From positions 70,990,001 through 71,054,000 of the forward strand of contig NC_043008.1 in NCBI RefSeq assembly GCF_006345805.1: DNA of 64,000 nucleotides. Direction: 5' to 3'. Under the pieces are notes generated by a model, which saw only the letters and a list, made by a program, of their open reading frames with translations, had not been told where the DNA came from and did no database searches. Source of the stretch: Octopus sinensis (Eukaryota). The position numbers were made by a program, and so were the translations under genes. Shown here piece after piece: positions 43,791 through 57,374 of this stretch; the first letter of the stretch is position 1; every line of letters begins with the position of its first letter.

Positions 43791-43843
<53 letters not shown>

Positions 43844-44021
43844 TGAGTGAGAGAGAGAGAGAGAGAAAAAGTCTATGAGAGGTAATGGTGTCATTGAGAC
43901 CCGAACGTGTCAGGTAATGCTGAATAAGTGCTATAGATAGACCATAGTTAAGTTCCAAGTTCGGTGATTTTGCGAATAAGGGGGTCAACGCTGGTCATAT
44001 ATCAGCGTGTGCATATAAGAA

Positions 44022-44139
44022 TTTTTTTTCGTAATGAGATAAAAAACCAAGGGTGAGTAGATTTTAGAACAGACCTTTTATCTATAAATGTTCTAAAATC
44101 TACTCAGCCCTGGTTTTTTTATCGCATTACGAAAAAAAA
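44022..44139. repeat. Inverted repeat with about 50-bp arms and a 17-nt loop (MITE-like fold-back)
   Basis: ttttttttcgtaatgagataaaaaaccaagggtgagtagattttagaaca versus the reverse complement of 44089-44139, with few differences. Confidence 0.9.
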
Positions 44140-44189
44140 AATTTTATGTATACACACACACACATATATATATGTATATATATATAATA

Positions 44190-44226
<37 letters not shown>

Positions 44227-44244
44227 GTGTGTGTGTGTGTGTGT

Positions 44245-44276
<32 letters not shown>

Positions 44277-44279
<3 letters not shown>

Positions 44280-44432
44280 CCGCGTGTGTACCGTTGGCGA
44301 TTTTTTTCCTCTGTTTTCCCTTCTCTGGATCTTTCCTTCTTCTATGTTTCCGACGAAGAGCTCCGCTCGAAACGTTTAGTCCTCCTTCTTTCCTGAGCGT
44401 CCAATAATACTATATTTGTTCCACGTCCTCGC

Positions 44433-44437
<5 letters not shown>
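44277..44437 (+). mobile_element. Penelope-like pLTR fragment with a degenerate hammerhead-like core
   Basis: CCGACGA-A-GAGC-tcc-GCTC-GAAACGTT at 44350-44376 within a pyrimidine-rich element; stem I is not formed in this copy. Confidence 0.5.
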
Positions 44438-44500
<63 letters not shown>

Positions 44501-46100
44501 AATGCGTGTACATGTGTGTCTATCTCTTTCTGGTTGTCTCATTCTTGATACACTGAGTTGTGTTTGGCAATTGTAAGAATCTGTTTCTATTTGGTCACAT
44601 AATTCGTAATATCAAAGACATAATCAAGTTTGTTTGAACATCCTACAATTTTACTTGATTTTTACTGTATTGAAAACCCTCTGTTATTTCGCGTAAACAC
44701 ACAGTATGTCGGCCACTTATGACTTTTTTCACTAAGACACTTTACTTTGTTAAAGTTACTAATTTGCCCATAATTTGCCCATACTTCTTTCTCATCTTTC
44801 AAAGATGCCGATATTCCCTAATTGTAAAAGATAAAGAGTTATTCCGACATTATTCCGATCCGAATCTGATATCTGTCTGTCTCTTCGTCCGTCTGTCTGT
44901 CTATCTAATCATATATATACATATATCGTCTGTAGTACATATATCCAAAAAAGAAGCCCATCTGAAACATTATAGCAGTATTATGTTTGGAAGGTTTTTT
45001 GTTATAACCGGTCAGAGTGACCATTGGTTTCTCAACTACAAAGCACTTAGCTGTGCAGGCGACTCGCCAGACTCAAATGGGCAGAAGGATCTTCCCTTCA
45101 AAATTGAGGTCTTCTACTAATATATAATGCATTAGTTATGAACCGTGATTTCCTAGGACACTTCTACAAAATAGCGATATTTGAGTTATATTTCTAGATA
45201 ATGTGTTTGACATACTATTAATTTTTAATTTAATGAACCGTATATCAATTCTAAACTTTTACTTTAAGCTATCACAGGTCAGTAATAATGCCAAACCATG
45301 TTTTCCAGACATTCCAAAGCTTCTATTAATATAGGAAATCATTATGTTAATAATTACATCAACCTGATTTGCAAGAGAACAGTTGTAAACTATATGCATC
45401 TATTGTATCTACAGTAGATCAGATTTTTAAGTGTATGATTTGCACTCATATATTGGATTTGGTGCATACGTAGTGCTAGTTCTATAATTGACCGTTGAAC
45501 TAATCTTTCAATATTTTACTATTTATTAATCAAAGAATGTCGATAAATCTGTTTCTGACGCTATATATTTTATTTTATTATGTTGAACCGATACTTTCTT
45601 TTCAGTGTACTTTCTTTTGCTCTACATACTCAATATATTATCGTAGTAAGCACAACATTATTGTCATATTTATTGAGCCCCTTTCTGACTCACATGCCGC
45701 AAAATATATTTTCCTGATTCATGTGACGAATATATTCATATAACTAACACATAAGAATATTGGCGAATCAGCACACTATTAAATCCATATTTCATCATCT
45801 CTTTGTGCTTGTTGTCGAAATTCTGCTGAAGACAGGTTTACTGTTCATCCTTCCATGGTCGATAAAGTAAAATACCTGTCAAGGATTGATCTGATGGAAT
45901 CGACTAACCCTCTACTCTCAAGATCGTTAACCAAGAGCAACAAATTGGAGAAATCTTAAAACATCGGCATGTGTTTCGTTTTTTATGCTCGATGTCCGGA
46001 TACGGCCAGGGGCAACATTATTTCAGCTGGTTAAGATAAAGCCTGTATTCAAATGTGTGTTTTTTTAACCAGGAAAATATTTCAATATATTCATATATAT

Positions 46101-46144
<44 letters not shown>

Positions 46145-47677
46145 AATATATATATATGTATATATATTATATATATATAATATTATATATATATATATTA
46201 TATATATATATATATATACATACATACATATATATATATATATAATTATATATATATGTATATATATGTATGTGTGCGTGTATGTGTGTGTGATTCATAA
46301 AGTAGGTACATCATTGAAAGTGTAATTAATTGCACTATCCCTCTTGAGGTAGAAACCCATATAGATGTACAGTGTTAAAATCACAAATGTATGTCAGTAG
46401 CTGGTAAAAATCGACCAGTCCTGGCAATGTCAGTATTAAACGCGCAATTCTGCGTCTTTGCTGCATTCATCAGGACGAATACAGCGGTTAATTAGGCGTT
46501 CAATGACATATCACCTTTGAGAATGATATACAAATGTTAATCTTATCCTGCATAACGAATATGTGTATGTGTGTGCTTGTGACTTAGTATACCTTTATGC
46601 CTAAGTATAAATGCATAAATTAGTAAAAGTTTATGTAAGCAAAAAGTATACATTTAGGTGGCTATTGTATGTACAAATAAGTTATACCATATGTACACAC
46701 ACACACACGTATGTAGGTACACAATTACATATAGAGAAGTACGCACAAGTATTAATTTGTACCAACACATGCACGCACATACATTTTTGAGACCTTGGAC
46801 AGTATATGTAAGCTCATTTATGTGTGACTAAGTGTATGTATGAAGCACTAAACTATTCATAATGTTCCCACGTACTTTTCGAGTTTGACGAAGCTGAATT
46901 GGATTGACATCATTTCAATGAATTATACTTTAGTACTAGAATAATGATGCAAAACAATCTCCACTTTAGTTTGAGAGCAATATACTCATGTACGTACGCG
47001 TATGTATATGTGTATATACACGTAAATATGTGTATGAATATATTTATGAGCATGTTTGTATGGGCGTTATTGTTTTAAAGTTAGTTAAATAATGAAAACG
47101 GAACTTTTACTGATGATGTAATTCTAAACTGAGGGTCGTGTGAAGGTTATTGTAACGTTCATTTTGTTTGTGACTTCCAGTTTCGTCTAAGAGCTTAATC
47201 ATCTAGTCTCGTGGGACGAAACTTGAAGTATCAGGCGACCCGGATTTCGCAAAATATATAATTACATAACCACACATGCGCGCACACAAACACCACATGC
47301 ACACTCACCAATACGTACGTTATGTATCGCTCGCTAATTCCCACCCTACATCCGCCTATACCGCCACTTCACACACAATGTATTTTCATATATGTTTGCC
47401 AACCAATACCCTGTAAGTAATTGATAGAGATTTTGTGGAAGCCTGACCTATATCCATATGTGTGTTTGTGTTGCTATGTATGTCTTAGCGTTTGTGTTTG
47501 TCCCAGTCGCTTGACAACCCTTCCTGTATCTTGTTTGGAGAAAAAAGAAGGATAAAATAATAAAATAAGTAACAAAATTTAAAAAGGGATACTGCGGATG
47601 ATATTTCTCGATTAAACCCTTGTAGTCGTTGCTCCAGCATAGTTGCACTGCAGTGACCGAAATAAAATAGATATGCA

Positions 47678-47846
47678 AACGCAGGCGCAGCTCTTTGGTA
47701 AGAAACTATCTTCCCAACCGAATGGCTCCGGATTCAGTCTCAGTGTATGGTACCTTGTGCAAGTGTCTTCTACCAGCGAGCAAACTATGTAAGTGGATTT
47801 CGTAGACGGAAACCGAAAGACTCCGGTTTTATATATATATATGTGT

Positions 47847-47889
<43 letters not shown>

Positions 47890-48170
47890 TGCGTCCGTGT
47901 GTATATGTGCGTGTTTGTGTGTGTATACCTATGTATATATCTATGTGAGTGTGTCTTCGTTTTTCTGTCTCTCACTATCGTTTAACAGCTGATGTTGGTG
48001 TATTTACACTCCCATTACTTAGTGGTTCAGCTAAAAGCATCGATACAATAAATACCTGGCATAAAATGTAAGTCCTGCAGTAGATTCATTCAACTAAAAT
48101 CCTTCAAGGTATTACCCCAGCATGGCCGTAGTCTAATGATTGAAACAAGTGGACAATAAAAGATAAAAGA
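47678..48170 (+). mobile_element. SINE family A, old diverged copy
   Basis: gtggattt.gtagacggaaac.gaaaga, TG tract, acttag.ggttc.gc.aaa and cagcatggccg.agtc. Confidence 0.85.
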
Positions 48171-50464
48171 CGCACAGAATCACGTATGTGTTTCTGTTAC
48201 GTATTCCTAAATGGTTTCATGGACTTATTGAAATACACCACACACGATGCTAGTGCCTTATCTTGGGAGAATATTTTGCTCATCCTTTTCATGTCAAAGC
48301 AAATTAGAAATTCTAATCTATTCCATAGCTTGTTGATATTTGGGAAGGAATTACAGGCGTCATTATTATAACAGGAACCATATTCCCTCGCGGCAACTTA
48401 CTATGTTCGCATATATAAAATTTCATGTACACAGTTCTTGATACAAATTACGATAGGCAGGCATATAAGCGTTGAACAGTATCTGTGGTAATATATACCG
48501 GTAGAACAGTATCTGTGGTAATATAATATGTATGGCAGAATGCTTAAGTGGTTCATTATGAAGCCACAAGGTCTCGGGTTCGATCCAACTGCATACCTTT
48601 TGGGTCAAATGACATTTTCTATAGCATTGGTTCTTCCCATACTTTGGGACTGAATTTCAGTAAAGAGAAAAACAGAAAACCTGTCTAATGAATTTTAGCT
48701 GTAATGTTTCGTCGCACACTTTGTCATGATGATTTTCTGCTTGAGAATTACATTAAAGGTAAAATGTATCCTGAATATTAAATCACTTATGCATTAGTTC
48801 AACAGCACAGAATTCAGTTGCTCGAAAAATTGAATCTTCAGCGCCGAACAACGGCATAAACACTACCACTTCATATATAAACCACTTAACAGAAGTCTTC
48901 AAACACTACCTTGTTTAATACCACCACATAGCCATTGTTCATTTAATATAATCCACTACCTTGCAAGCATTTGGACAAGCCACGCGATTACATCTGCTTT
49001 GATATACATGCGTGCAGAGGTTGCTCTACATACGTGCAAACTGAAGATCAGGTGCGATGATCTCAATCATCGATAAGCATTATTTATGTTAGCTTCTCTG
49101 CTAGGGACCTTCAGATAAGTGATTTGTTTTTAATTATCAGTGGTAGAGTTTGGTTGAACATTAACTACATGACAACCTGCTCAGTTTGCTGCAAATGGTA
49201 TCTGTTTACTTAATCAGGAGCAGAAAATGCAAACACGTAAACAAGCCAAGGACATCGTCGGACTTAACATGAAGACGATATCGCTGTTCTTTCAGACACA
49301 CGATGCTGTAGGGTAATTCAGCTCATTGAAGTCGGTTGTGAGTATGTAGCTTCTGTGGGGTTGGAAAACCAACAGAGAACAGTATATGCGATTGGCTCTA
49401 CAATCAGGAATAACCTAAGCTGAATAGATTACCATCCAATGTTAGCAATCAAATGATTAAAGATTGTTTATTGCTGCCTAACGGACAGATCCGATGTAAT
49501 TTTCTTCACACACACACAGACACACACACACACACATACACACACACATCTATAGAGACAGTTACACATACACTTAAATTCACGGAGTATAATTTTTGAA
49601 TCACTGGGAAATGTTAGTAACTCCCCTATGGCAGGTTACAAATGTTGTCAACCTTACACCAACCGGAAGTGCTAACAGGCAAATAAAAAGTAGCCATCAC
49701 ACACGAATAGATCACTGGCCTCGAACATATAAGAAATATATAATTCCTTATTTGTAACTCTCTCCTTAGTATCTCCGTAAGAGTTGACATGAGTACGGAT
49801 GTAAATGACTAATTGTGTCTCCAGTAAATAAATATCATGGGACATGGAGAATGTAATGTGCCTTAGTGATAATTGACAATAATTATTTCTAATTTCTGCA
49901 AAATAACAGTATCATTAAGACAAGGGGCAAGTCGAATATTTTGATATCAGTAACTATCTGGCTCTTATATTAAGGATCTCGAAAGAATGAAAAATTAAGT
50001 TAACATCGCAAGATTTGAATTCAGCAGCTAGGAAGAGGAAGCAATACTAGTAAGCATATTTTTTTTTGAATAGCAAATGATTTTACCAGCTAGCCGCATA
50101 TCGACGTCTAATAATAATCTTTTCTACCACAGGTACAAGGTCAGGAATGTTGGTGGATATATATATAAAGAAGAAAAACATTTATAATTATGAACAAATC
50201 ACAATTATAACTAAAAAAAAACCTTACATGTTAAAATAGCAGCCAAAACCGTTATAAAGCCAAAATATCACTCATATTATTTCTCCTCGCGACTTGTTCA
50301 TAATTATAAAAGTTTTTCTTTATATTTTATGATAACATGTTTGGCGATTGATATATTCATAGGTAATCTTAATTACTTATAATATATCCTCCGTAAGGTT
50401 TTTGCATTACTTTCAACTGATACACATACACACACACAAACACATACACACACACACACACATA

Positions 50465-50510
<46 letters not shown>

Positions 50511-50789
50511 GTGTGTGTGTGTGTGTGTGTGCTGGAATGAAACACAAGTAATTCGGAATTAAAGATATGGCAAAGTTTTTCCAGTCATTTCTTTTGATAT
50601 ATAATTACTCTATAAATGGAATGCACCAGAAAATTCAAATGCTAAGTGTATCTCATTTAAAATACAACAATTATATACTTATATTTGCCAACTGTGAATA
50701 TGCAGATGTTTTTCACAAGGATACGCCTTAGATTATAACCTCTTATAAACAATATATATGCCTATTTATATATTCTAGCATCTAGAAAC

Positions 50790-51290
50790 TCTATTAATGA
50801 TCTTCTCGTTAGTCCACAGAATAGACAGGGTTTCTTCAGAGCTAAGACGGTATCTCCTGGAAATTATATTTGATGGTTTTGCATACTTTAATATGGACCA
50901 AGTTATGCTGTACTTCATTTTATCCTCCTTCTCTCACCAAAGAAAATCTGTCAGAGGTGTTGAATGTCTCTTATTGATTGTCTTAAAGCTGGCGACATGG
51001 TTACGATAACGCTTCTTAAATGAATCCGCCGTCTGCCCAACGTAAACATACAGCCCTCCTCTTGTGTGCACGGTAATTTATATAGAAGATTTGTACTAAT
51101 ACAGAGATTTATCAAAGGACATTTTAATTTTTCTCTGCATGAGGATTTGTCGCATTTATTTGTATATAAGGCAGTCCCGACTCAATTTACCGACATTGTT
51201 ACCGTGTTAGTTGTATCATAAGTATTTCTGCTACAACAATTTGGTTGTAATTGGTATTTATCATGCTGCTTACATTTCCTTGGTTGGTAT
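50790..51290 (-). mobile_element. Penelope-like element remnant, GIY-YIG endonuclease region
   Basis: Minus strand reads KCPL..LC..TNLLYK..C....YVGQTADSFKKRYRNHVASFK....HSTPLTDFLW...ITWSILK. Confidence 0.85.
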
Positions 51291-51306
51291 TCAAATATAG
51301 ATACTT

Positions 51307-51343
<37 letters not shown>

Positions 51344-51375
51344 TGTATATATATATATATAAACTCTCCCTATAT

Positions 51376-51411
<36 letters not shown>

Positions 51412-51564
51412 CATGCATTTATGATGGGTTCTCTCATCGTGAACAACCAATATATGTTCAGTGAAGTAGAGGGGCAATTATGTTCTCTGGACGAGAATGG
51501 GTCCTTTTGAGTTCTACTTTTTCCTTGCAAACCTTTTGATAGTTTGCTCGAGTACTTGTGGATC

Positions 51565-51945
51565 ATTTAATATGTGTTTTTTTCTAGAGTGGACGCCAAG
51601 GCCTACTTTGATTCGTGCTACAGGTCCATGAAGACAGGTATGGTTTCTGTTTAGAAGAGCAGCATGTTACTCGTGCGCCTTCATACTTGCACGAAGTTGG
51701 TCCCGGTGTGGGAGTGGACTCTACTCAAATTTTTGAACTGACGAGAAGCAGAACTGGCGCCAGGTCCTGTGTTGTGACGCATTATTTTCTCAGGAACAAA
51801 AAGGTGATTTTGCATCGCCTCAGATTGTCTTTTAGTTTGTCTCTGAAGCGCAACAGTCGTCTTCTAACTAGCCTTCCTGCTGGGAATTGGCTCCCTCGGA
51901 ATTCTGATATTACTCATACATGAGAGATGGCCAGACCAGCTAAAC
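51565..51945 (-). mobile_element. RTE LINE 3' coding remnant
   Basis: [17 protein letters not shown]...LRFRDKLKDNLRRCKI...TWRQ...VQKFE...GLGVHSR matches the RTE C-terminus. Confidence 0.78.
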
Positions 51946-52000
51946 TGCACACACACACACACACACACACACCACACACACACATATATATATATATATA

Positions 52001-52044
<44 letters not shown>

Positions 52045-52858
52045 TACATATGCAGTCATAAATACATACATACAAATATACATACGTATGTATATATACG
52101 CACGCACAAACATATTCGAAATTCAACTATTCCAATAAAAGTAAACATATGTATGTCTGCCTGCGCGTCTGTCTTCTTGATTGCCTGTCTGTTTATCTGG
52201 CTGTTTGCCTGCCTGTCTGTCTGTCTAGCTATCTATCTACTGGAGGGAGGGATAGCGAGAGAAGGGGAGAGAAAGAGAGAAAGAGATGTTTACGTGAGGC
52301 AGGTTGTTTATTTCTGCAGCTATGTTTCCATTTATTATATGTATATGCGTATATAAAAGCGTACCTGAATATATACATCTCATCCCGTCTTCATAACATG
52401 CGTATTTGTAGAAGTTTTGACACAATCCTTCGTTTATTATATACTTGTATGTAAGTGCATATACTCAAATTCCTGTTAATTATATATGTGCATATATAAG
52501 TCTATTCAAGCAAACCTTTATACATACACACACAAACACGTGTGAGTGCGTATGGGTACGTGTGTGTGCGTGCGTGTGTGTGCGTGTTTGTGTTCGTGTT
52601 TGTGCGCATGTCCGTGTGTCCATCACAACAATGCAGTAGGTTTCGGGAGCGGATTATTAGACGTAATCACATGAAGGAAAGAGATAAATAAATGTGTTTT
52701 CTTTACCTTTGCTCCTGAGAGAAACCATAAAATTATCGAGACACATACATACATGCACACATACATACATAAACACGCACACACAGACAGACACACACAC
52801 ACACAGACACACACACACATAGACAGCTCACATGTGTACATTCAGATGTACGTTATAC

Positions 52859-52893
<35 letters not shown>

Positions 52894-52939
52894 CACCGAC
52901 AAATCCCCCCCATACACACACGTTCACACACACACACAC

Positions 52940-52973
<34 letters not shown>

Positions 52974-54351
52974 ATATATATAAATCGCTTTACGCTGTTT
53001 CTATTCCTTTCTAAATCTTAACCTCTGACATTTCAATTTGCATTAAACGAAATGCACTAAACTGAACCTAACATCCCCGCCAACACAACCACCACTATTA
53101 CAACCACCACCACCATTACTACGTTACCCTCACAACCGCCAATACTACCGTCTCCACCGCCACTACCACCACCACCATTACTACCATCACTACTATTGTT
53201 TCATTCATGATCGATGTCCAGCCTCTGTAAATTCCAACCACTTTCTCTAATATTGGAACAGAAATGGCACATCAGACATAGAATCGATAAGACGGCGATT
53301 TTTGAAGTCATGAAGGACAAAGGTTTGGTGCTGCACGAAGCTTTACATCATACATCACCGGTCCTAATTTCGATTTGTGACTTGGAAATATTAAATTACG
53401 ATTTCTGACCCAATACACCTGTTTCATTTAATCGTAAGTCTATATTTTAAGTGAACTAACTTAGTGCATACATATTAGACAGTATAGAAACTCCTGTTTA
53501 TTTTTGAATCAAGTGGTGGAGCCGAGAGCATATCAGGCTAACCTCTATATTTTCAAATAAGTGTCTACAAATTTATACTCTAGTATCTTTTATAGATATA
53601 GATACATGCTTAGTAGTGTATGTAAGCATTGTGTGTGTGTGTACGTGCGTGTGCGTGTGTGTATGTGTGTGTGTGTGTGTGTGTGCGTCTTAAAAAATGT
53701 GCCAAACATCCTTGACTAATATCCTCTCTCTATAAACATGTGACCTTATGACACGGAAGTAACTCATTCATAATGGTCAATATGTGATCAGAATCTGAAG
53801 TAGAAAATAAAATGCAATTCATTCGAATGCAGATATGCTTTGAAAGTATTTAATTTCATCCACTTTTATTCAGAGTACATATTTCCTAAGATTTACTTGG
53901 CGTTTATACCTCATGTCCTAATAACTATTGAACAAATGCCACTAATATAACAATTTACAATTTAGTCACACAACTAAGGAATGAAGTATTCTTGGATTTG
54001 GTGGGATTGGAACTAGAACATAAAATTCTAGAGCCAGTGCCGTATGATATTTTGTCCTAGGCTTTCTCGACTTTACGAGTTCACCGCCTTAAATGTCAGT
54101 AATGTAAAAAAATTAAATTAAACTCACTTAACCACGTCTACATCTTCCATAGCAAGTTCGTTTCATTGTCCCAGTATCATATATATTTTAGAGCCAGAGG
54201 TAAAAGCATTAACACTTATTTATTTCTATGTTTTACAGTATTTGGTTTGGAGTCTCTACATCCTGATTATATTTGAACCTCGTTTTATTGAGATCGATTA
54301 TATAACTACGAAACAAATATGATACTCTTTTCCGAAGAGTGACCATAAATT

Positions 54352-54467
54352 ACCGCGAAAGCGTGGCCCATCGATCCTTTCCAAATTTCTGGTCCGGCTA
54401 CGGTTCCGGCTTAGAGGCGTTCAGCCGTTATCGCTCGGAGGCAGCCTGGCACCACCGCTCTTCACGT
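54352..54467. pseudogene. LSU (28S-type) rRNA-derived fragments in opposite orientations
   Basis: 54352-54380 (+) ACCGCGAAAGCGTGGCCCATCGATCCTTT resembles the conserved LSU ACCGTGAAAGCGTGGCCTATCGATCCTTT. 54391-54467 (-) reads GATAACGGCTGAACGCCTCTAAGCCGGAACC, resembling GATTATGACTGAACGCCTCTAAGTCAGAATCC. References recalled from memory. Confidence 0.75.
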
Positions 54468-55704
54468 TTCTAATCTCCATGCTTATAACTATGATAATTA
54501 ATTCCATTTAACTGAAGTCAGTGATAATCACATTTTGATTGAGAGATGTGATCAGCGCATTATGATTAAATGTAATTTGTTGATTCCCACTTACAACACA
54601 GCACAACGATTTTATCTGCAATGGCTAGATGTCTTGGACAGGAGGCGCTTTCTCTCATTCTTGTATCCGGCTCACAATCAGCGCGAAAGACACCTGCCGT
54701 TGTGTTTTTATAACTTGTCCAAAAATGAGCGCCAGTATATATATGGTTGGTAAGCAAGCTACTTACGACACAGCCACTCCTACGCATACACAGCCACTCC
54801 TATGCCTATGTATATATGTATATATTGAAATTAACCAGTTGTAAACATGTGCTGCGTTGGATGAAGCCGACGCGGTTTCATACTTAATGCAAATTGCCTT
54901 CACTAGCACACCAATTGTTCTTGTTTGACATTGTATGTCATTTGATTCTCCCTCTTTATGTGACTGCGTTCAATCACTGGGAAACCAAATATAGTAGAAC
55001 CTTATTATCTAATCTCAATAACTATTATATTTTAATTGATTAATCTGTTCTTGTACTTGCCTTCAATCGTGTTATATTTCGGTAAGGTCCAGAATGAATA
55101 AGTACATACAATCTATCACTAATCAGAAATTGGGCAAACAAGGATGTGATTTCAATACCCTGTTGATATAACCTTCTGTATGTCTTTTTACGTTGCAAAT
55201 AAACCAACCATGTTAAAGGAACCTTTAAATATTATGTTCCCAAGCACAGGAGAAACAATATATAGTACAGGCGTCTATTGTTTTAGTTTACACGGTGAAA
55301 GGTTTAGTCTAGAATTACCAATCCTAATTTGTTGATGGAAGTTTTATTTTGTTAACCTCTGGCAAAATTAATCTTCGTTGATATTTGAACTCAGGACCAG
55401 GTGCGAGAGGAGATAATACTGCAAATAATTTAACCTTCAGTTTCGTTCCCACTGCGAAATATCAGATCTTTAAAGATAAGCTCTAACGCTCAGGTGGTAT
55501 TATGAAACTAAGATCTCTCGCAAACAGGAAATAATTTATCCTCGATATCAGTCACTGCTGGGAACAATCTGGTCTTTAGAAGTTAGTTATAATACTCAGG
55601 TGATGATTTGAATCTGCAGAGACCTGTCATGCAATAATCATTCTTACATTCTTACGAAAATCCAAAGGCAAAGAATAATCTGTGGTTAATATTAAAACAT
55701 CTAT

Positions 55705-55895
55705 TGCTGAGTGCTGGCAGAGTCGTTAGAAACGCCGGGAAAATACTTAGCAGCATTTCGTCAGTCATACGGTCTAGATTCAAAATACGCTGAGGTTAAA
55801 TTTGGCTTTCATCTCTTCTGAGTCAATAAAATCAATACCAGTTAAGTATTGGGCCGAACTTAGTGGCCTCGTACCAAAATTTGAATCCAATATTA
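55705..55895 (+). mobile_element. SINE family B copy, diverged
   Basis: gctggcaga.tcgttag..acgccggg.aaat.cttagc.gcatttcgtc and ttcaaa...cgc.gaggt. Confidence 0.82.
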
Positions 55896-56750
55896 GAACA
55901 CTTCATTAATGTTAAATGGAGTGAAGTTAACATTTTGATCTTCGGAGAGTGCTATTAGCAAGTCCATGTATACCCTATCTCATTGGCACTGTAATAAATA
56001 AATAAACATAAAAAATATATATTTTCAAACGTAGGGCGAAATATTGTCGTCATTGTTGTCACCCCGCACTCCTAAGGTAAACGTCTGTGTGAAATAGATA
56101 TATTTTGAGATGAAGTGTTGCATATTAACCAATTCACTCATTGCAGTTAGCCTTAAATTATAAAGTAATCGAGTGACATGGTTTCGATAATCCAGTAGCA
56201 ATACACGTCACCAACTCTTCACTAAGATATCTTAGTGAACGCTTCTCTCTATATATATGCTACTCGCTGTTTTATCTTTGTTACTTGAAAGATTTGAGGT
56301 TTATGAATGCAAACAAAGTAAAGTGTTTGTAAATTGCTCAGTTTTCTGATTAATAACGATGTTTCCCTTGTGAGTTACATCAACTTATATACACAGCAAG
56401 ATTCACTAAAGACATGTTGTGTTCCGTAACAACTCATCGTTAAAGTTAAGCTACATAAATCAGTAAATATACGTTGTCAGTTGTATCACTTCATATTTAC
56501 ATCTAGATTAACTAAACGACTGACACATGCAAGGTGTATCAATTCATATTTACAGTTAGGTTAAATAAACAAATAATATACGTCGTAATACACCACCAGA
56601 AAGAAAGTGACAGACACTTAATCACCATTTGCAGGCAGACGGTACAAATGAGTAGATGATGTAGTTAAGATCTAACTGAAATATCTCTAGTTCAGATCTC
56701 GTCCATTTGTATCATATGTTATCCAACATATTTATTTGTTAATGTCTCAG

Positions 56751-56762
56751 TCTTACAAAGCC
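56751..56762 (+). other. Candidate 12-nt microexon (TCTTACAAAGCC)
   Basis: tttatttgttaatgtctcag acceptor, GTAAGT donor, frame-preserving length. Could arise by chance. Confidence 0.18.
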
Positions 56763-56965
56763 GTAAGTAGTTTTACGAGATATTGTTCATACCTATTAGG
56801 AAAGTAACAATAGCAATGGAAGTAGCATTGCGAAGCTGACCAATACGTTGCTATTTTAGAACATATCCGCCACTTCATTCAACACCGCAGACAGGATATT
56901 GAATAACTCTCCACTCAGTTTCTCGCGATGTCTACTTTCTCTCTTCCACTCGCCTCTAAAATCCA

Positions 56966-57374
56966 CTCTTTACTCCTTTACTTGTTTCAGTCATTTGACT
57001 GCGGCCAAGCTGGAACACCGCCTTTAGTTGAGCAAATCGACCCCAAGACTTATTCTTTGGAAGTCTAGTACTTAATCTATCAGTCTCCTTTGCCGAACCA
57101 CTAAGTTGCGGGGACGTAAACACACCAGCATCGGCTTTCAAGCGATGTTGGGGTGACAAACAAAGACACACAAACATATACACACGCATACATACATATA
57201 TACATATATACAACGGGCTTCTTTCAGTTTCCGTCTACCAAATCCACTGACAAGGATTTGGTTGGCCCGAGGCTATAGTAGAAGACACTTGCCCAAGGCG
57301 CCGCGCAGTGGGAATGAACCTAGAACCATGTGGTTGGTAAGCAAGCTACTTACCACACAGCCACTCCTGCGCCT
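56966..57374 (-). mobile_element. SINE family A, full length
   Basis: Reverse complement is colinear with 33849-34247. Confidence 0.95.
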
